64,000 bases of DNA from a bacterium (GTDB taxonomy: Bacteria > UBA8248): NCBI GenBank assembly GCA_965219955.1, contig OZ244799.1, positions 3,008,001-3,072,000 on the forward strand, in the 5' to 3' direction. This document shows, one piece after another, positions 58,420 to 64,000 of the stretch (position 1 is its first letter; the number at the start of each line of letters is the position of its first letter). Position numbers and translations under genes: made by a program. The notes below the pieces were generated by a model that saw only the letters and a list, made by a program, of their open reading frames with translations, made no database searches and was not told the DNA's origin.

Positions 58420-59412
58420 TTGGGCAGATACCTCGTCACGGGCGCTGCGGGCTTCATCGGCTCCAGGGTGTGCGAATTCCTGTTGGATGAGAAGCACGCC
58501 GTCGTGGGGGTCGACGACATGAACGACGCCTACGACACGCGGCTGAAAGACTACCGGCTCGCGCGTCTCAAGGCGCGGCCCGGTTTCGTCTTTCATGAAG
58601 CCGACATCACTCGCGCCGACCCCTTGCGCGCGCTGTTCGCGGAAAACGCCGGAGGCGGCGCGCCGCCTTTCGACGCCGCCCTGAACCTGGCCGCGCGCGC
58701 GGGCATAAGGCAGTCCATCGAAGACCCCGGGGCGTATTTCGAGACCAACGTTACCGGCGCGCTGAACCTCCTGGAGCTCTGCAAGGATTTCGGCGTCATG
58801 AAATTCGTACTCGCCTCCACCTCGAGCGCCTACGGGGCGGATGCGCCCGCTCCATTCCGGGAAGACGCCCCGAGCGACAGGCCGCTATCGCCCTACGCGG
58901 CTTCCAAGAAAGCGGCCGAGGCGCTCTGTTACACCTACCACCATCTATACGGGATCGACGTGAGCGTGCTGCGCTATTTCACCGTCTACGGTCCGGCGGG
59001 ACGGCCCGACATGAGCCTTTTCCGCTTCACGCAGTGGATAGCGGAGGGAAAGCCCGTGCTCGTGTATGGAGACGGAACGCAGTCGCGCGATTTCACCTAC
59101 GTGGACGACATCGCCCGCGGCACGATCGCAGCCATCAAGCCGCTCTCTTATGAGATCATCAACCTGGGCTCGGACGAACCCGTCGTCTTAAGCGACGCCA
59201 TCGCCCGCATCGAAGCCCTCACGGAGAAGAAGGCCCGGATACGCCATGAGGAGAGCAACCCCGCCGACGTAAAAGCCACGTGGGCGAACATCGGCAAGGC
59301 GGAGAGACTCCTGGGCTGGCGGCCGCAGGTGAGGCTCGCAGAGGGCCTCGCGCATCTGGTCGAGTGGTACAACGCCAACCGCGATTGGGCGAAAGATATT
59401 CGAACCGACTAG
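58420..59412 (+). CDS. NAD-dependent epimerase (UDP-glucuronate 4-epimerase-like)
   Basis: TGAAGFIG, NLAARAG, ASTSS, YAASKK, LRYFTVYGPAGRPDM and RDFTYVDD motifs; AAGGAG RBS. Confidence 0.9.
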   Translation: MGRYLVTGAAGFIGSRVCEFLLDEKHAVVGVDDMNDAYDTRLKDYRLARLKARPGFVFHEADITRADPLRALFAENAGGGAPPFDAALNLAARAGIRQSIEDPGAYFETNVTGALNLLELCKDFGVMKFVLASTSSAYGADAPAPFREDAPSDRPLSPYAASKKAAEALCYTYHHLYGIDVSVLRYFTVYGPAGRPDMSLFRFTQWIAEGKPVLVYGDGTQSRDFTYVDDIARGTIAAIKPLSYEIINLGSDEPVVLSDAIARIEALTEKKARIRHEESNPADVKATWANIGKAERLLGWRPQVRLAEGLAHLVEWYNANRDWAKDIRTD

Positions 59413-59520
59413 CAAAGCCCGTGCGCTGCGACGATTTCCCCTCCCTGTGCGTTCCCCCACAAGGGCGCGATATACTAAACTGGCCGGAAAACTTTTACTC
59501 CATTTGCGGCGGGAGAAGAC

Positions 59521-60561
59521 ATGAAGGCAATGGTATTGGCGGAACCGGGCGCGCCCTTCGTCCTGGAGGAACGGCCCATCCCCGAAGCGGGGCCGGGCGA
59601 GGCCGTGGCGCGCGTGCTGGCCTGCGGCTCGGGGCTTACGATCGAACACACGCGCGCGGGGCGCATGGGCGGGAATTTCCCGCTCGTGATAGGCCACGAA
59701 ATCACCGCAGAGATCACGCAGGTGGGCGCGGGCGTGGAGGAGCTGCGGGAAGGCGCGCCCGTGACGGCGTATTACTATTTCACCTGCGGACACTGCCGCT
59801 GGTGCCGCATCAACCGCGAGACGCTGTGCGAGAATCTCGCAGGCCAGGTCGGCCGCCAGATGGACGGCGGCTACGCCGAGTACATCAAGCTGCCCGCCCG
59901 GAACTTCATCCCCCTGCCCGAGGAGCTGGACTACAAGGCGCACCCCGCCGAGGTGAGCGTCATCTGCGACGCCCTGGCCACGCCGTACAAGGTGATCGGC
60001 CACGCGGGAATCCGCCCGATGGAGAACGTGGCCGTGGTGGGCGCGGGCGGCGGCGTGGGAATCCACATGGTGATGATGGCCCGCTGGGCGGGCGCGCGCG
60101 TCATCGCCGTCGACATCGCGGCCGACAAGCTGGGCAAATGCCGCGACATGGGCGCGCACGATACGGTGGATGCGTCCCGGGAAAACCTGGGCGAAGCGTT
60201 CCGGGATTTGACCGGTGGCGCGGGCGCCGATGTCGTCGTCGATTTCGTCTGCACCGCCGAGGGGGTCGAGGGCGGACTGCGCGGACTGGGCAAGGGGGGC
60301 CGCTTCCTCGCCATGGGGGCGAACCGGATAGAGCGGTTCCCCTTCTCTCCGCGCGAGTTGCTCCGCGAGGAGCAGCAGATCATGGGCAGCCGCTACGCCA
60401 CCAAGCAGGACGTGGTCGACTCGCTCGAACTCGCGGCGCGCGGCGAGGTCTGGCCATTGGTGAGCGAAACCTACCCGCTCGAAGAAGCCAATCTCGTGCA
60501 TGAGCGCTTGAAAGAAGGCCTGGTTACCGGGCGCGCCGCCCTGGTGATGTCCCAGGAATAG
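59521..60561 (+). CDS. Zinc-binding alcohol dehydrogenase family protein
   Basis: GHE, CGHCRWC...C structural Zn site and GAGGGVG. Confidence 0.9.
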   Translation: MKAMVLAEPGAPFVLEERPIPEAGPGEAVARVLACGSGLTIEHTRAGRMGGNFPLVIGHEITAEITQVGAGVEELREGAPVTAYYYFTCGHCRWCRINRETLCENLAGQVGRQMDGGYAEYIKLPARNFIPLPEELDYKAHPAEVSVICDALATPYKVIGHAGIRPMENVAVVGAGGGVGIHMVMMARWAGARVIAVDIAADKLGKCRDMGAHDTVDASRENLGEAFRDLTGGAGADVVVDFVCTAEGVEGGLRGLGKGGRFLAMGANRIERFPFSPRELLREEQQIMGSRYATKQDVVDSLELAARGEVWPLVSETYPLEEANLVHERLKEGLVTGRAALVMSQE

Positions 60562-60582
60562 AAGACGCTTTCAGGTCCTTCG

Positions 60583-60840
60583 GGGGTTGTTGAAAAACCC
60601 TGTTTCGGGGTCGGCGGCATGGAAGTTCACGCGGCGCAGGCGCGATGGTTTTGCAGCAGGACAGGCACGGGGAGGCCACGGACAGGCGCAGGAGCCTGTC
60701 CGCTACGGGCGAATGCGGTTTTGATCGTCATTCTGCTTGAAAATGGATTCCGGCTTTCGCCGGAATGACGGCTGTGGTCAATTCCGACCGAGGATGCCTT
60801 TTCAATAAGCCTTTGTCAGGCGGGGTTATTCAACAAGCCC
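60583..60840. mobile_element. MITE with IS1182-type ends and mixed REP cargo
   Basis: GGGGTTGTTGAAAAACCC...GGGTTATTCAACAAGCCC with direct repeat CTTCG at 60578-60582 and 60841-60845. Second internal right end near 60797-60812. Confidence 0.8.
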
Positions 60841-60857
60841 CTTCGGCGCGGGGCCGT

Positions 60858-62318
60858 TCAATCTGGATTCAGCGCCTCCCCCCCAAAGCGCTCAATCGTC
60901 TCGAGCGTCTCGCGCACGTCGTCCCAGGTCGTGTTGTGGTTGATGATGCAGAACCTGAGCGCGAACTTCCCCTTGAGAAGCGTCGAGGACACGAACGCCT
61001 TGTCGTCCCAGAAGATGCGGGCGAGAATCGTCCTGTTGATCTCCCCCAGGGCTTCCTCGTCGAGGTCCGCCTCCGCCGGATTCACCCGGAAGCACACGAC
61101 CCCCAGCGAGACGGGCGTCAGCATCTCCAGAACCGGACTCTCGCGAACGTACGCCTCGGCACGCTCGGCCAGCTCCATGCCCCTGGAAACAGCCCGCCTG
61201 AACGCGTCCATCCCGAAGGTCTGGACCGACATCCAGACCTTGAGCGCCCGGAACGAGCGGCTCAACTGCAGGCCGCGGTCAGAGAAGTTGGGGTGGTTCG
61301 CGCCCCATATCGTGTCCTGGAGAATATCGTGCCGAACCGCAAACGCCTTTTCGAGCGTGCTCACATCCTTCACGAGCAGCGCGCCCGCCTCGTAGGGCTG
61401 GAAGAACCATTTGTGCGCGTCCATCCCGATCGAATCGGCGCGCTCCATGCCCTTCAAGAGTTCCTTGCCCCGCTCGGTGACGGCCGCGAAGCCGCCGTAG
61501 GCGGCGTCAACGTGCAGCCAGATGCCTTCCGCCTCACAGAAATCCGCCATCTCCACGAGCGGGTCGATGGCCCCCGTGCTGACTGCTCCTGCGTTGGCGC
61601 ACACCGCGACGGGGTGGAGCCCCGCCGCGCGATCTTCCGCCACGGCGCGCTCGAGTTCTCCTGTTTCCAGGCGAAAGCGCGCGTCACTCGGGAGCAGCCT
61701 GATGCGCTCGGGCCGAATACCGATGATACCCGCCGCACGGACGTGCGCGCTGTGGCTCTGATCGCTCATATAGACAGTGGCGCGATCGGGATGACCCGCT
61801 GCTTCACGCGCCGCGACGAAGGCGTCCAGGCTCGCCGCCGAACCTCCGCTCGTGAACAGACCGCCCGCGCCTTCGGGATAGCCGACCCAGCGCCTGAACC
61901 AGTCGATGACGACCAGTTCAAGCTGGCTCGGGCCGCTCGCGACCAGCCAGGTGCATTGGTTGATGGTGTAGCCTGCGGCCATGAAGTCGGCCAGCACCCC
62001 GGGCCAGGTGGGCGAGGCTGAAACAAACGCGAGGGAACGGGGATGGTCCAGACGCAACGAAAACGGGAGAATATCGCGCGCGGCGCGCTCCAGAACCTCC
62101 GCTGCAGGGCGGCCGGTCTCGGGCGGCGCCTCCATCAGTCGTTTTTCGAGCTCCTGCTGAAAATCCCCGTCCCAGGCGCCCTCACCGGGAAGGGTTTCGA
62201 TTCGCTCCACAAGGAGTTCCGCCGCCTTGTGCGCCAGATCGAGCATCTCTTCGGGCGCCATCCGGAGTCCATCGCCCTCCGCAGCCTGCCCTTCTCTTCT
62301 TCCCTCCGGTTTTTCCAT
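60858..62318 (-). CDS. PLP-dependent (group II, aromatic amino acid-type) decarboxylase, copy 2
   Basis: DHPR, WLHVDAAYGG, MDAHKW (PLP lysine) and SRSFRALKVW motifs. Confidence 0.9.
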   Translation of the reverse strand: MEKPEGRREGQAAEGDGLRMAPEEMLDLAHKAAELLVERIETLPGEGAWDGDFQQELEKRLMEAPPETGRPAAEVLERAARDILPFSLRLDHPRSLAFVSASPTWPGVLADFMAAGYTINQCTWLVASGPSQLELVVIDWFRRWVGYPEGAGGLFTSGGSAASLDAFVAAREAAGHPDRATVYMSDQSHSAHVRAAGIIGIRPERIRLLPSDARFRLETGELERAVAEDRAAGLHPVAVCANAGAVSTGAIDPLVEMADFCEAEGIWLHVDAAYGGFAAVTERGKELLKGMERADSIGMDAHKWFFQPYEAGALLVKDVSTLEKAFAVRHDILQDTIWGANHPNFSDRGLQLSRSFRALKVWMSVQTFGMDAFRRAVSRGMELAERAEAYVRESPVLEMLTPVSLGVVCFRVNPAEADLDEEALGEINRTILARIFWDDKAFVSSTLLKGKFALRFCIINHNTTWDDVRETLETIERFGGEALNPD

Positions 62319-62433
62319 TACGCATCTCCACCGCCTTGCGGCTTCAGAATAGATTATAGAGTAACCCCGAGTAGACTCACGCAGGTCATTCTCCAAACGC
62401 TACAGGAGTCGGGAAACGCAGGGAAGCGACTTC

Positions 62434-63897
62434 CTAACCATTTTCCTTTACCAAAGCCTCCCCCCCAAAGCGCTCAATCGTCTCGAGCGTCTCGCGCACG
62501 TCGTCCCAGGTCGTGTTGTGACTGGTGATGCAGAACCGGAGCGCGAACTTCCCCTTGAGAAGGGTGGAGGACACGAACGCCTTGTCGTCCCAGAAGATGC
62601 GGGCGAGAACCGTCCTGTTGATCTCCTCGATCGCATCCTCGTCGAGGTCCGCCTCCGCCGGATTGACCCGGAAGCACACGACCCCCAGCGATACGGGCGT
62701 CAGCATCTCCAGATGCGGGCTCTCGCGAACGTACGCCTCGGCACGCTCGGCCAGCTCCATGCCCCTGGAAACAGCTTGCCTGAACGCGTCCATCCCGAAG
62801 GTCTGCACCGACATCCAGACCTTGAGCGCCCGGAACGAGCGGCTCAGCTGCAGGCCGCGATCCGAGAAGTTCGGGTGGTTCGCGCCCCATATCGTGTCCT
62901 GGAGGATATCGTGCCGAACCGCAAACGCGCGTTCGAGCGTACTCACGTCTTTCACGAGCAGCGCGCCCGCCTCGTAGGGCTGGAAGAACCATTTGTGCGC
63001 GTCCATCCCGATGGAATCGGCGCGCTCCATGCCGCGCAGGAGCTCCTTGCCCCGCTCGGTGACGACCGCGAATCCGCCGTAGGCGGCGTCGACGTGCAGC
63101 CATACGTCTTCCGCCTCGCAGAAATCCGCCATCTCCCCGAGCGGGTCGATGGCTCCCGTGCTGGACGCGCCGGCGTTGGCGCACACCGCGATGGGGTGGA
63201 GCCCCGCCGCGCGGTCCTCGGCTACGGCGCGCTCGAGCGCCTCCATGTCCAGGCGGAAGCGTTCATCACACGGGAGCAGCCTGATGCGCTCGGGCCGAAT
63301 ACCGATGATCCGCGCCGCGCGGACGTGCGCGCTGTGGCTCTGATCGGCCATGTAGACGCTCGCGCGGTCGGGATCACCCGCCGCTTCGCGCGCCGCGACG
63401 AAGGCGTCCAGGCTCGCCGCCGAACCTCCGCTCTTGAACAGGCCACCTGCGCCCTCGGGATAGCCGATCCATCGCCGGAACCAGTCGATGACGACGAGTT
63501 CGATCTGGCTCGGGCCGCTCGCGACCAGCCAGGTGCATTGGTTGACGTGGAAGCCTGCGGCCATGAAGTCCGCCAGCACCCCGGGCCAGGTGGGCGTGGA
63601 GGGTATGAAGCCGAAGAAGCGGGGATGATCGTTGCGCCCCGTGAGGGGGAGTATCTCGCGCGCGGCGCGCTCCAGAACCTCCACCGCAGGGCTGCCTTCC
63701 TCGGGCGGATCCGCCATCAGTTGCTTTTCGAGCTCCTGCTGGAAATCCCCGTCCCAGGCGCCCTCCCCGGGAAGATTCTCGATTCGCTCCACAAGGAGCT
63801 CCGCCGCCCTGTGCGCCAGATCCAGCATCGCCTCGGGCGTCATACGCAGGCTGTTGATCTCCGAGCCCGACGCCTCTTTTCTCTCGGAACTCGCCAT
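62434..63897 (-). CDS. PLP-dependent (group II, aromatic amino acid-type) decarboxylase, copy 1
   Basis: HPRFFGFIP, WLHVDAAYGG and MDAHKW motifs; GGGAGG RBS. Confidence 0.9.
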   Translation of the reverse strand: MASSERKEASGSEINSLRMTPEAMLDLAHRAAELLVERIENLPGEGAWDGDFQQELEKQLMADPPEEGSPAVEVLERAAREILPLTGRNDHPRFFGFIPSTPTWPGVLADFMAAGFHVNQCTWLVASGPSQIELVVIDWFRRWIGYPEGAGGLFKSGGSAASLDAFVAAREAAGDPDRASVYMADQSHSAHVRAARIIGIRPERIRLLPCDERFRLDMEALERAVAEDRAAGLHPIAVCANAGASSTGAIDPLGEMADFCEAEDVWLHVDAAYGGFAVVTERGKELLRGMERADSIGMDAHKWFFQPYEAGALLVKDVSTLERAFAVRHDILQDTIWGANHPNFSDRGLQLSRSFRALKVWMSVQTFGMDAFRQAVSRGMELAERAEAYVRESPHLEMLTPVSLGVVCFRVNPAEADLDEDAIEEINRTVLARIFWDDKAFVSSTLLKGKFALRFCITSHNTTWDDVRETLETIERFGGEALVKENG

Positions 63898-64000
63898 CTT
63901 GCCTCCCCTGTCGTCCAGAACGACTAAAATACGCCGTGAATCCAAGACGCCGGCGCAAGGCTCCGCCTCGCTCAACTCCCTTCACCAGAAGCCCTGGGTT

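Noticed and set aside
71-60840. Palindromic repeat clusters as a CRISPR array
   Set aside because: There is no regular repeat-spacer period, orientations are mixed, and no cas genes are present.
63975-64000. Possible 3' end of an upstream minus-strand gene
   Set aside because: Too little sequence at the window edge to fix the frame or identity.

Overview
A high-GC bacterial chromosomal window with mostly metabolic genes. Housekeeping features are rpmG-rpmB, addAB, selC tRNA-Sec, homoserine dehydrogenase and malQ. There is a GntR-controlled catabolic/ABC-import operon and a tandem pair of PLP decarboxylases. Accessory content includes two complete insertion sequences (IS1182-family and IS256-family, both with visible terminal inverted repeats and target duplications) and several lower-GC modules: two ABC-ATPase + TOPRIM-like pairs, an HD dNTPase-like + YwgA-like pair, an orphan hicB and an AAA/DUF4143 ATPase. 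The most striking structure is non-coding. About nine intergenic loci are bounded, at one or both ends, by the same terminal inverted repeat as the resident IS1182-family element (GGGGYTGTTGAAAAA...TTTTTCAACARCCCC). Five of them have ~5-bp target duplications, yet each carries a different shuffled mix of several unrelated palindromic REP-like modules. They nest inside each other and host the autonomous ISs. A second candidate is a 10-bp-phased CGCAWTT motif that punctuates the defence-like island like a cassette boundary. All calls come from reading the sequence by eye; no database searches were run, so family names are motif-based recognitions and start codons are best guesses.
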